Numbered from the stretch's first letter, positions 31,820-40,595 are shown. The stretch: 44,641 nucleotides of DNA from a virus (IMGVR_UViG_3300010046_000001:1-44641), one strand, 5' to 3'. Numbers and translations: made by a program. The notes: a model not told the origin generated them from the letters alone.

Positions 31820-33231
31820 ATCTCGACTCGCTGTCCGTAGATGGGTCGCACGTAGGGGCGGTCCTGCGAGGCGGCGAGTGCGACGGGATGGAGAATGTCC
31901 GCGAGCGCATAGCGAAGCGCGTCAACCGCGTGGTCGTAGAGTCCATCCTTTTTCGGAGACTCTAAGCCATCGTTTGCGACGTGGAGGCGATAACCCCCGG
32001 TGAACGCTTCCCGAACCCAGGTACACTCGGCGTGGACGCGGAGTAGTGGGACTCCAAGGTGGGTCCGCGCGATCAGATCGCGTAACGCCTCTATGGTCGG
32101 CCATATCTTGAGCTTCCGGAATCGGGGCGTGATGTTCGACCGGCGAAGAATCTGCACGCAGGAAAAGCCAAGGTCATTCTTCTGTACGCCAGCCGCATCG
32201 CAATAATCCTGAGTAGGCAGATCACCGAACCGCTCCAGCGTCCGCTGCTTCACGCGGCGGGCGAACATCTCGATATCCTCATTCGTCCCTAGGAGCTCAT
32301 CTAGGACGTGGACGTGTCCCGTCGGCAATACCTGCACCCAGACGACGCACGGATGGCGGTAGCCGAAATCCCAGCCCCGAATGACCGTGACGCCTTTTTC
32401 GGGTTGCAGCACCGTGACGTGCCGAGTCTCCGAGAATTCCGGAAAGACCGGTGTGCCGCTCGCAGTGAAGCCCCACTGCCCTTCGAGGAACCGGCGTCGC
32501 CGGTTCTCGGGCATGCGCTTCAGCTCTGCAATGTAGTCGTCATCGATATTGTTATGACCGACGATGCCGTCCACCAGATGATCGATCCGCTTGTGGCAAA
32601 TCTCTTCGTCGCCTTCTGCCAGCTCGTCTTCGGCGCCGGGATGCCGCTTGTAGCAGCGGGACCAGTTATCGAGCGTCGCAAAGTGATGGACGCTCATATT
32701 CTGCTGCTTCTCGAGCACGAAGGCGCGATAGAGCCAGTGATCGCGGTTCGGCGGATTCGTCGCGTAGACCAGTCGGCGCGGCCCGATCTTTCCCGAGAGC
32801 CGCCCCTTCGAGAGCATTGTGTGGTCTTCCTGCGTGAATTCGTAGGCTTCGTCGCCGAAGACGGCATCGAAGGACTGGGAGCCGAGCTTCCGCCAGTCGT
32901 CCAGGCAGCGGGCAATGACCTGCGTGCCGCCCTTCAGGAACACCTCTTCGCGTCCCTCCGTCCGACGCGGCTCTCCCTCGATCAGCTCCGGAGGACACTC
33001 CGCCATGAAATCCCGCCAGGTCGTGTCGCGGAGCGCCGGATACGTCTTCCGGAAGATGGCGAAGCGAGCTCCCGGGTACTCGAGCCCGAGCAGGATCGCC
33101 TCCCAAATCATGGCGACGGATTTTCCCGCGCGCCATGCGCCCAAGAGCAGCCGGAATTTCGCCCCGTCGCCGTGGAAGGCGTTCTGGACGTCGGACGGCT
33201 GATAGGTATCGACGGAGGTCGCTGCAGGCAC
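31816..33231 (-). CDS. terL: terminase large subunit (471 aa)
   Basis: Walker A GAWRAGKS, Walker B AVFGDEAYE, C-terminal nuclease-like GWDFGYRHPCVVW. GTG start in a TAGTG overlap. Confidence 0.92.
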   Translation of the reverse strand: MPAATSVDTYQPSDVQNAFHGDGAKFRLLLGAWRAGKSVAMIWEAILLGLEYPGARFAIFRKTYPALRDTTWRDFMAECPPELIEGEPRRTEGREEVFLKGGTQVIARCLDDWRKLGSQSFDAVFGDEAYEFTQEDHTMLSKGRLSGKIGPRRLVYATNPPNRDHWLYRAFVLEKQQNMSVHHFATLDNWSRCYKRHPGAEDELAEGDEEICHKRIDHLVDGIVGHNNIDDDYIAELKRMPENRRRRFLEGQWGFTASGTPVFPEFSETRHVTVLQPEKGVTVIRGWDFGYRHPCVVWVQVLPTGHVHVLDELLGTNEDIEMFARRVKQRTLERFGDLPTQDYCDAAGVQKNDLGFSCVQILRRSNITPRFRKLKIWPTIEALRDLIARTHLGVPLLRVHAECTWVREAFTGGYRLHVANDGLESPKKDGLYDHAVDALRYALADILHPVALAASQDRPYVRPIYGQRVEI

Positions 33232-33407
33232 TATCGGTTCTTCTTCACCCGTTGCGGGAGTCCGCGTGTCTTCGTTCCGGCGAAATCACGGAGCTGCTTG
33301 GTCGTCATGGTCGAGCCGTCCATGCTGGCCTTGCCGCTCTTCGATTGTTTCGCCTGCGCGTATTTCATGCCCATGAGATGCTGCTGCGCCTTGCTAACCG
33401 ATGGCAT
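33231..33407 (-). CDS. small conserved protein, DUF3008-like (58 aa, MPSVSKAQQHLMGMKYAQAK...QLRDFAGTKTRGLP)
   Basis: AGGAGG RBS. Hand-translated. Coupled to TerL. Family assignment is from memory. Confidence 0.55.
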   Translation of the reverse strand: MPSVSKAQQHLMGMKYAQAKQSKSGKASMDGSTMTTKQLRDFAGTKTRGLPQRVKKNR

Positions 33408-33428
33408 GGTCCTTCCTCCTGTTTTGCT

Positions 33429-33629
33429 TCACACGAGCCCTTTCCCCGCGAGCCATTGGGTCCGACACCCCTTCGTATCGAAGATGTAATCCGGCTTCGT
33501 TTCCTCCGTCATGGGCGCAGGCGGCGTCGGCGTCTGCGGATCGTTGTAAAGGAGCACGATGCGGACAATGTACCAGCCCACCATGTTCGTCTCCGTCTTG
33601 CCACACTGATCGCACTGATAGGTTATCAT
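33429..33629 (-). CDS. zinc-ribbon protein (66 aa, CDQCGK...)
   Basis: Internal ATG of ORF 33429..33671. Confidence 0.5.
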   Translation of the reverse strand: MITYQCDQCGKTETNMVGWYIVRIVLLYNDPQTPTPPAPMTEETKPDYIFDTKGCRTQWLAGKGLV

Positions 33630-33636
33630 GCGTGCC

Positions 33637-34788
33637 TCACGCGAATTCGTAAACCGAGATGTTCGACGCATTGTAGCTACCCGTTCGGTAGGTCTGTGAT
33701 GTGCTCGTCATCCGGACATAGACATCATATGTGTACGTCCCCGCTGGTGGCTTCTCGCAGATAGCACCTACAGCTACCGCGAACGCGTGGTTGAGCGAAC
33801 CCGACGGGATTTCGTACTCGTAGATCCAATCGAAGACGGTCGTCCCGCTCCGCTGGACCTCGACGACGAGAAACTGCACGCCGGTCTGGCCTGGATAGAA
33901 CCGCCCATCGAGGTTGACACAAATCAGGCACAAGCCTCCGGACGTGGTGAGCGAGACGGTCCCGAGTATCCGTACCAGGCTGGTCGAATTGATGTTGGAC
34001 GCGGCGGCATACCGGAAACTGGTTCCGGCACTCGTCCGGTATGTCGCGCCGCCCGCGATCATCGGCAGAGTGACGCTGCTGTTGGCGAGCGTGCAATAGG
34101 TCTTGCCGTCGGCGCCGTTCACATAGAGCGGCGTCGTGTAGCCGCCCGTGTTCGGACCCTGGCGCCAGACTTCGAAGTGGTCCGTGTCGGCACTACACCG
34201 CGTGAACCACGATGGTTTCGCGGCGACATATCCAGCCCCTCCAGCGGCATTCGCCATCACCTGGATTACCGGAGCGCCATTGCTAATGTATTGGCTCAGT
34301 TGACAGCTATTCGGAAGATAGCAAGCAGCGCCGCTGAGTGTGAGGTTGCCCGCGGTGTCGAGCGTGAGTAGGCCAGTATAGGCGCCGCCTGCAGGCTGAC
34401 GTCCCAGGTAGAACCCATCATTCACGCTATCCATCGACATCTGCCACGAAGGCTTTGTCGCATCGTCTTGCGTACCCACCACCGCGTCGCGGTTGGTGGA
34501 GAACACGAGATACGGTGCCGCCGTAGTGTTGTTCGTCTGCAGCCGCGCCTTCGCCGTGTTGGACCCAAGGAGGAATTGCCCGAGCCCGGCACCCGCCGCG
34601 CCACCGGGCACACTGAGAGTCTTGGTCGCATCCGTCGGTAGGAGCGTCCCGCCCGATGCGGTCCAGAGCGAGACCGCCGCGCTCCCGCTCACGATCCACG
34701 CCACGCCATCCCACTGATACGTGACACCGTTCGGCGCCGCGTACTGCTGGTTCAGCGTCGGATTGTTGGGGAAATCGAGTGCCGCCAT
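33637..34788 (-). CDS. tail fibre protein (383 aa)
   Basis: TGATG-coupled start (MAALDFPNNPTLNQQYAAPNGVTYQWDGVAW). Track start is 34812. Confidence 0.7.
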   Translation of the reverse strand: MAALDFPNNPTLNQQYAAPNGVTYQWDGVAWIVSGSAAVSLWTASGGTLLPTDATKTLSVPGGAAGAGLGQFLLGSNTAKARLQTNNTTAAPYLVFSTNRDAVVGTQDDATKPSWQMSMDSVNDGFYLGRQPAGGAYTGLLTLDTAGNLTLSGAACYLPNSCQLSQYISNGAPVIQVMANAAGGAGYVAAKPSWFTRCSADTDHFEVWRQGPNTGGYTTPLYVNGADGKTYCTLANSSVTLPMIAGGATYRTSAGTSFRYAAASNINSTSLVRILGTVSLTTSGGLCLICVNLDGRFYPGQTGVQFLVVEVQRSGTTVFDWIYEYEIPSGSLNHAFAVAVGAICEKPPAGTYTYDVYVRMTSTSQTYRTGSYNASNISVYEFA

Positions 34789-35060
34789 CAGATCGGCATC
34801 ACCGGTACCCATTGCTGCGAGGTACCGTCATCGTACCAGAGCATCATTCGCCCGGTATCGCTGCGCCACCAGAGCTGTCCGACAGTCGGAGCCGTCGGTG
34901 CCGTCGTTCCAATTGAGACGAGAGGACCAACCTTTCTCCAGGCTGTCCCGTCCGAGCTGTAGAGCGATTTATCCGTACTGTTCCAGTAAACATCGCCCGC
35001 CGCACCGACTGCCGGTGCGGTCGCATAGGGCGCCGCATTCGTGATGCCGTAATCCCGCAT
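34788..35060 (-). CDS. small tail-fibre-motif protein (90 aa)
   Basis: TGATG coupling at both ends. GDVYWNSTDKSLYSSDGTAW and GQLWWRSDTGRMMLWYDDGTSQQWV. Confidence 0.6.
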   Translation of the reverse strand: MRDYGITNAAPYATAPAVGAAGDVYWNSTDKSLYSSDGTAWRKVGPLVSIGTTAPTAPTVGQLWWRSDTGRMMLWYDDGTSQQWVPVMPI

Positions 35061-36292
35061 CAGCCAATCACCACGACGCGATACCCCGCGCCCAGATTCG
35101 GATTGTATCTGACCGTCACCGTGTTGACGGTCGCGGCGTCCCAATCGCACAGGACCGCCGTGTAGGGAGACGCCCCGTTGTAAACCGCCACCTGCACGTC
35201 CCTGGTATTGAGATTGTGCGTGATGGTTTCCGAGCCGGTCGTGCCGGTCAGTGCGGTGGCGTATTTCTTCGCCATCCCCGTGACGGCGGTATTGACATAC
35301 GCCTGCGTCGCAATGACGGTCGTATCAACCGCCGTGCTGCCCGCACTCACGACGATGCCGGTGCCCGCGCCGACGGCAAACACATTGCCCGTGAGCGTGA
35401 GACCGTTACCCGCCTGATATGTCCCCTGACCGGCGAACTGGACCCACGTAAGCGCCGTCGTATCGGGCGTGATCGGCGCGTCCGTCGTCATGATCCAGGA
35501 CGTGTTACCGTTCACTGTACCTTCGGAGATGAAACACGCAGCGCCGAGCAACGTCGATTCGCTATTCGCGTCAGTGGTCCGAGTCCACGCGCCCGATGCA
35601 GCGGCGTAAATGCCGTTCTGTGCCGGGGCGGTTTGATTCTTCAGCAGGACGCGGTCGTTCGCGGCGAGCACAACGCCGTCAATCGTCTGCAGTCCGGAGA
35701 GAGTCACATTCCCCGTCGAACCGGCGCGGACCGCATCTTTCCACGAGAGCCCGGCAATGGCGGAATCGACATAGCCCTTGGTCGATGCGTCGGTTGCGGC
35801 GGTCGGCGTGCCGAGGTTCGTGAGCTTAAAACCGCCCCAGGAGACATCGGCGGTCGGCGGAGCGAGCGCTGAGTGATTGATCGCAGCGTGGGCAGCGTTG
35901 TCGTGTGTCGGCGTCCCGTGGACGTGATCGGAGCGCGCGATGGTCGCCGCTACGCCGTCATTCTTCGCCTGCCCGAAAGTGGTCTGTGCGGTGATCACCC
36001 CGAAGGCGGGCATCCCGTGCTTATGATCCTCACGGGCAAAGTTGGTGCTGGTGCCGACGACGGGCGCATCACCAATGGCTTGCGTCGTAACGGTGGCGGC
36101 GGGGATGGCTCCCGCAGCGGCTTTCGCCGCGATCCACTGCGTCCCGTCGTACCAGTAAAGCGTGTTCGCCGTCGTGTCGAAGTACAACTGGCCCTTGACG
36201 GGGCTCGCAGGCGCGGAGCCCAAGTTTTGGACTACGCCGTTCCGCAACTCATTTTTTACCAGATCGAGCGGCCCGTAGACGGTCGGCGGCAT
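35060..36292 (-). CDS. tail fibre protein (410 aa)
   Basis: GQLYFDTTANTLYWYDGTQW, then the repeated EDHKHG / SDHVHG motifs typical of fibres. Confidence 0.75.
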   Translation of the reverse strand: MPPTVYGPLDLVKNELRNGVVQNLGSAPASPVKGQLYFDTTANTLYWYDGTQWIAAKAAAGAIPAATVTTQAIGDAPVVGTSTNFAREDHKHGMPAFGVITAQTTFGQAKNDGVAATIARSDHVHGTPTHDNAAHAAINHSALAPPTADVSWGGFKLTNLGTPTAATDASTKGYVDSAIAGLSWKDAVRAGSTGNVTLSGLQTIDGVVLAANDRVLLKNQTAPAQNGIYAAASGAWTRTTDANSESTLLGAACFISEGTVNGNTSWIMTTDAPITPDTTALTWVQFAGQGTYQAGNGLTLTGNVFAVGAGTGIVVSAGSTAVDTTVIATQAYVNTAVTGMAKKYATALTGTTGSETITHNLNTRDVQVAVYNGASPYTAVLCDWDAATVNTVTVRYNPNLGAGYRVVVIG

Positions 36293-36296
36293 CGGC

Positions 36297-37751
36297 TTAA
36301 CTCAGATAGGCTTCGCCGCCGACGGCAGCGGAGAAGGTCAATTGCACATGGGTCGCATCGGTGTAGTTGATGTCACCGGGCGTGATTTCTCGCCCCGTCG
36401 AATCGACCGCTGTCACGTTCGGACGGAACGCGAGATTGTGTGGAATCGTCCAGGTCGTTGCCGCCGACGCTTGAATGTGTCGATACGCCACGGTTCCCGG
36501 ATCGCCCGGTGGTCCCTGCGGTCCCGGTGGTCCTGTATCGCCTTTCGCGGTCGGCACTGCCGGGACGAATTGCTTCGAATTGCCATCGTCGTAGTAGATA
36601 AAGAGCTCACCGTCCGGATCATTGCGCCACCAGAGAAGCCCCTGGACAGGTCCGTTCGGGGGACTCGGACCGACATTGACCTGCGCCCCGCCGATGATCG
36701 TCTTCCACGCGATGCTCGGACCCGCCTGGACCACCAGCGCTTGCCCGATGTTGCCCGTGGTCGGAATCGGAGAGAGCCAGCAATCGGGGGCACAGAGCGC
36801 ACGGGTCACGTTCCCGTTCGCGATCTTGGCGGTCGTGACAGCAGCGCTAATCAGCTCGTTCGTGCCGATCGAATTCGCCGCCATCTGCTGTTCGGTAATC
36901 GTCCGGTCCGAGATATCCGCCGCCTGAATCGTCCCGTCGGAGATGTTCCCGCTGGAGACGGAATTGAGCGCAAGCTGCTGATTCGTGACGGCACCGTCGG
37001 CGAGCTTCGCTGTCGTGACGCTCTTGTCCGCCAGAATGGACGTGGTGACGGAGAGCGGCGCGAGTTGCGGCGTGCCGACGGCGCCGCTCGAGATATCGAT
37101 GGCTTGAATGGTGCCATCCAGAATCTGCGTCGTGGTGACGCAGCCCGGAGCGAGGTCGGCGGTCTGAATCGAGCCGTCCAGAATCGCGGCACTGGTGACG
37201 GCACCGTTGGCGATGATCGAGCTCGTAACGGCGCCCGGAGCGAGCTTTGGGGTCGTCACCGCGCCATCGGCAAGGAGTGGGGTCGTGATCGAGAGCGGGG
37301 CGATATCGACGGTCTGGATCGTGCCGTCTACGATCTTGGCGGAGGTGACGGAGCTATCAGCGAGCTTCGCCGTGGTGATGCTACCATCGGCGACTGCTGC
37401 TGTGGTGCCGCTCGTAATGAGCTGCCAGCTCGCCCCGATCGACCCCATGAGGGTCGTTGCGGTGACGGTGGCTGCAAGGGTCAGGAGATAGAAGCCATTG
37501 GTCCCGTCGGCGTATTCCGCAATGGCGATTCCTTCGTCGTCGGAGAGCTTCATCGCCATCCAGTCCACGATGTTCGCGCTGTTGGCGACGCTGCCCCAGA
37601 CGGGCGGCACTTGAGAGACGTTCCCGATCTTCGGGACGGCGTAGGGACGATGGGCAAGGAGCGCCCACCAGTCTCCGACGGTCAGGAGCTTCAGCGGCAG
37701 GATCGGGTCGCGGGTCCACTGTTCCCATACCGGCTCAACGGCAGTCGTCAC
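36297..37751 (-). CDS. tail fibre protein with about 11-residue repeats and a collagen-like segment (484 aa)
   Basis: Repeats of type DGAVTTAKLADGAVT; GDTGPPGPQGPPGDPG; GLLWWRNDPDGELFIYYDDGNSKQFV. GTG start in a TAGTG overlap. Confidence 0.8.
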   Translation of the reverse strand: MTTAVEPVWEQWTRDPILPLKLLTVGDWWALLAHRPYAVPKIGNVSQVPPVWGSVANSANIVDWMAMKLSDDEGIAIAEYADGTNGFYLLTLAATVTATTLMGSIGASWQLITSGTTAAVADGSITTAKLADSSVTSAKIVDGTIQTVDIAPLSITTPLLADGAVTTPKLAPGAVTSSIIANGAVTSAAILDGSIQTADLAPGCVTTTQILDGTIQAIDISSGAVGTPQLAPLSVTTSILADKSVTTAKLADGAVTNQQLALNSVSSGNISDGTIQAADISDRTITEQQMAANSIGTNELISAAVTTAKIANGNVTRALCAPDCWLSPIPTTGNIGQALVVQAGPSIAWKTIIGGAQVNVGPSPPNGPVQGLLWWRNDPDGELFIYYDDGNSKQFVPAVPTAKGDTGPPGPQGPPGDPGTVAYRHIQASAATTWTIPHNLAFRPNVTAVDSTGREITPGDINYTDATHVQLTFSAAVGGEAYLS

Positions 37752-38194
37752 TAGCGCACCTCTACGGTGGTGACGTCTTTCGGCTTCCCGTTCCCGGGCC
37801 GCGCGACCAGATTGTTCACGATGACCTGCGTCGGCTTCGCCTCGCCGGACGGCGCCTTCTGCGTCGAGAGGATATGGTTGAAGGCGAGCGAGAACATCTG
37901 GATCGCGACCTTGTCCTCCTTAGATAGGAGGAGCTTCTCGAAGCGGCGCAGTGACCGGGGCTTCAGCAGAATCTCGCCGAGAGCTCGCGCGTTCAGATCG
38001 CGGGCATCTTCTAATGATATAGGCTTCGTACCCGCGACGGCGGAGGGCTTCTCGAGGAGCTTCTCCTGGCGACGGCGCTCGTGCATCGCCAGAATGCGCT
38101 CTCGGGCGGCACGACGGATCGCCATCTCACGCGCGGAGAGCCCGTGCATGTTCGCGATCGGCAATGGCTTCTGCGGCGTCTCGTCGTCCGCCAT
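37751..38194 (-). CDS. hypothetical protein (147 aa), first gene of the long leftward structural operon (possible small terminase, unproven)
   Basis: ORF track and position. N-terminal GLSAREMAIRRAARERI. Confidence 0.5.
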   Translation of the reverse strand: MADDETPQKPLPIANMHGLSAREMAIRRAARERILAMHERRRQEKLLEKPSAVAGTKPISLEDARDLNARALGEILLKPRSLRRFEKLLLSKEDKVAIQMFSLAFNHILSTQKAPSGEAKPTQVIVNNLVARPGNGKPKDVTTVEVR

Positions 38195-38359
38195 TGCGGG
38201 CGCCCCGTAGCACGCAAAATAGAATCGCGAAACCCAGTTCTCGGGTTATGCCGTAGCGTCAAATTCCCTTAGACGACACTCGAGCGACACTTTATCGAAT
38301 GGAATTTTCGCTGATCGCGAAGATTCGCGTACTACGACCCATTGAATCGTTTCGGTTTG

Positions 38360-38384
38360 CATGCCAAGGCGCAGCCTTGGCATG
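38360..38384. promoter_or_regulatory. 10-bp perfect stem-loop CATGCCAAGG-CGCAG-CCTTGGCATG containing both candidate start codons
   Basis: Read directly. ATG 38361 and ATG 38382 sit in opposite arms. Confidence 0.7.
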
Positions 38385-38702
38385 GCTAATGGTGCTCCGC
38401 CGCCACAGGTCGTGATTCCTGGCGCGGGCTGGGTCGATGTTGCGTCGCGAGTCATTGTTCAGGTCGGCTTTCCCGTCGTTGTCGCCGGGGTCTTGCTGTG
38501 GTTCGTGCTCGGAAAGTTCCAGGACACGATGATAACCATCGTGAACCGCATGGCGGCGAACACGGACGCGGCTACGAAGCTCGTCGCGGCGGAGCAACAG
38601 ACCGTCGCGGAGCTGCAGGCACAGACCGTCGAACTGAAGGCGCAGACCGTTGCGATCAACCAGCTCGTGGAGCTCAAACGGCGCGACTTGGAGCGCCACT
38701 AG
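38382..38702 (+). CDS. membrane-anchored coiled-coil protein (106 aa; alternative start 38361)
   Basis: TM segment VQVGFPVVVAGVLLWFVLG, then AELQAQTVELKAQTVAINQL. Confidence 0.55.
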   Translation: MANGAPPPQVVIPGAGWVDVASRVIVQVGFPVVVAGVLLWFVLGKFQDTMITIVNRMAANTDAATKLVAAEQQTVAELQAQTVELKAQTVAINQLVELKRRDLERH

Positions 38703-39269
38703 ATGCCGACCGCCGCCCCCGCGCAGCCGATACCTGTATCTAATGATACGGGAACGATCCCGGTCAGCACGCTCTCTGCAGCGGGCAGCCTGGATGACCG
38801 GCTCTCGAGAGTAGAGACCCGGCTCGAATTCCTCCACAGCTACACGGCGTATCCCTTGACGATGGAGCCAGGTCCGACGCTGTCCAGCTTCACGAATATC
38901 ATACTCGGCGGCATCACGGTTCCCTACTCCAGCCTACGTCCGATCCTGCAGCTCCCCGATGATCGCTGGGATGCGTGGGCTTCCGGCTGGCTCATAAACG
39001 CGAGCGGGCAAGCACTGCTCTCCATCTACTATCAGAAGAACGATGCCAGCACCGTCGTCATGGGATCGACGTCATTCGCCGCGTCGGCGACCTACCGGAA
39101 GGTGATGATTGGCCCGTATCCGGTCCGGGGCACCTACGCGGCGACGAAGGGAGCCCCACAGAACGAGGCGATTCTCTCGTTCGGGCTGATGGGGAACGTC
39201 AGTGCCGGGACGGCGACCTTGCCCCGCTGGACGCTCTGGATTCGCCAGAGCCCACGACGGAGCGCCTAA
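38703..39269 (+). CDS. hypothetical protein (188 aa)
   Basis: ORF track. Starts right after the previous stop. Confidence 0.6.
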   Translation: MPTAAPAQPIPVSNDTGTIPVSTLSAAGSLDDRLSRVETRLEFLHSYTAYPLTMEPGPTLSSFTNIILGGITVPYSSLRPILQLPDDRWDAWASGWLINASGQALLSIYYQKNDASTVVMGSTSFAASATYRKVMIGPYPVRGTYAATKGAPQNEAILSFGLMGNVSAGTATLPRWTLWIRQSPRRSA

Positions 39270-39272
39270 ACG

Positions 39273-39731
39273 ATGGGCTGGCGGATCGCGGAAGCACTCG
39301 GGGGGTCGCCGAAGACGGGCCTACTCGGCGAAATCAACGCCCGGTCGCCGCAACGCTCCCGGGCAAGCGACGGGGGCATCGGGGACCAGCGGCACTCGAG
39401 GGGAGTCTCCGATCACAATCCGTGCAAGTGCTGTTCCGTCGTCTGTGCGCGCGATTTCACTCACGATCCGCCCCAGTTCGACAGCTACGCCTTCGCGGAG
39501 TGGCTGCGGCAACGAGTCCTGGCTGGGAAAGAGCCGCGTGTCCGCTACGTGATTTCGAACGGACGCATCTATTCCGGGATGGGGCAGTCGCATGCGGCAG
39601 GCGAGTGGCGCCCGTACAACGGGAAGAATCCGCACAGGCACCACGTCCATGTGTCCGTCCGTCATGGAGCGGAGCTCTACGACTCGACGGCACCGTGGGG
39701 CTGGCATCCAAAGGAGGGAGAGAGCGCATGA
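39273..39731 (+). CDS. putative LAS/M15-like metallopeptidase, endolysin candidate (152 aa)
   Basis: GDQRHSRGVSDHNP...ARDFTHD and NPHRHHVHVSV His/Asp clusters. Followed by a tiny 2-TM gene. Confidence 0.4.
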   Translation: MGWRIAEALGGSPKTGLLGEINARSPQRSRASDGGIGDQRHSRGVSDHNPCKCCSVVCARDFTHDPPQFDSYAFAEWLRQRVLAGKEPRVRYVISNGRIYSGMGQSHAAGEWRPYNGKNPHRHHVHVSVRHGAELYDSTAPWGWHPKEGESA

Positions 39732-39862
39732 GTCCAGGACACATCTTCGACGTGGTCGCGATCGTCTGCTTCGCCATCGCGGCGATGCCGCTGGTCAGTC
39801 CGCCGGTCAATCTAACCGCGCTTGGGCTCGTCTTCTTCGTGCTCGGGCATCTCTTCCCCTAG
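39728..39862 (+). CDS. holin-like small membrane protein (44 aa, two TM segments)
   Basis: ATGA overlap. MSPGHIFDVVAIVCFAIAAMPLVSPPVNLTALGLVFFVLGHLFP. Confidence 0.45.
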   Translation: MSPGHIFDVVAIVCFAIAAMPLVSPPVNLTALGLVFFVLGHLFP

Positions 39863-39869
39863 GAGGTAA

Positions 39870-40133
39870 ATGATGGGACGGGCACGCGGTAAAAGAGGCT
39901 CGGGACGGGGCGGGTCCACGACGCCGGGAGCGGCGATTCCCGGGGGAGCGGCGAAGGCGCCAGCACCGCCTTCGAAGCCGCCAGTGGCACCATCCAGCAT
40001 GCCGACTGCACCGGACACGGAACCATCGATGGAAGCGCGGGCGATGCGGCCCTCAAAGGCGATTCCGCCCGCACCGGAAGAGAATCCCGATGCGCCTCCG
40101 GTGCCCCCTATGCTGCGGAAGAAAGGATACTAA
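39870..40133 (+). CDS. Pro/Ala-rich basic protein (87 aa)
   Basis: AGGAGG RBS. Confidence 0.5.
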   Translation: MMGRARGKRGSGRGGSTTPGAAIPGGAAKAPAPPSKPPVAPSSMPTAPDTEPSMEARAMRPSKAIPPAPEENPDAPPVPPMLRKKGY

Positions 40134-40324
40134 TGATGGCTCGAGCTCGGAACTGGATGAAGGAAGCGGTCTCGCGGCCCGGCGCCTTCAAGGCGAAGGC
40201 ACAGGCTGCCGGGAAAGGGGTGCAGGAGTACGCGCGGCAGGTCACAAAGGAAGGATCGCAAGCGAGCACCCGGACGAAACGCCAGGCGAATCTCGCAAAG
40301 ACGTTTGCCAAGTATCGTCCGTAG
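40133..40324 (+). CDS. small basic helical protein (63 aa)
   Basis: TAATG overlap with the previous gene. Confidence 0.55.
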   Translation: MMARARNWMKEAVSRPGAFKAKAQAAGKGVQEYARQVTKEGSQASTRTKRQANLAKTFAKYRP

Positions 40325-40335
40325 TTTCTCTTAAC

Positions 40336-40364
40336 TTGACTGCTGGCCGCGTAAACTTTATGAG
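40336..40364 (+). promoter_or_regulatory. sigma70-like promoter TTGACT-17 nt-TATGAG
   Basis: Read directly. Sits just after the stop of gene 40133..40324, at the head of a 300-nt ORF-poor leader. Confidence 0.5.
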
Positions 40365-40413
40365 GCAGCGCAGAGGGGACTACCACCGCTCCCCCTCCCC
40401 CCACCACGCGGGA

Positions 40414-40455
40414 GCCGCCACGTCCGGGACACGGTGATACCGTTGACGTGGCGGC
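40414..40455. other. Strong nested stem-loop (GCCGCCACGTC ... GACGTGGCGGC, 11-bp perfect stem, with inner ACGGT-GAT-ACCGT)
   Basis: Read directly. Confidence 0.75.
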
Positions 40456-40595
40456 GACCGACCCCCGTAGCGCGCCACGCGCTCCATCGGAAGCAGCATC
40501 TGCGCGCACTCGAGGAAGGATTGGGCTTGCGTGACGTCCAGTCGCCGCCGCGTGAGCCCGTCACAAACCCGCCACGGAAGCGTCAAAGGACTAGC

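Noticed and set aside
40380-40586. 68-codon minus-strand ORF (TTG start) as a repressor-like gene
   Set aside because: It was not called as a CDS. It has a non-ATG start, no RBS, and an 11-bp perfect palindrome and other stems inside it. It is kept as an open question in the findings.
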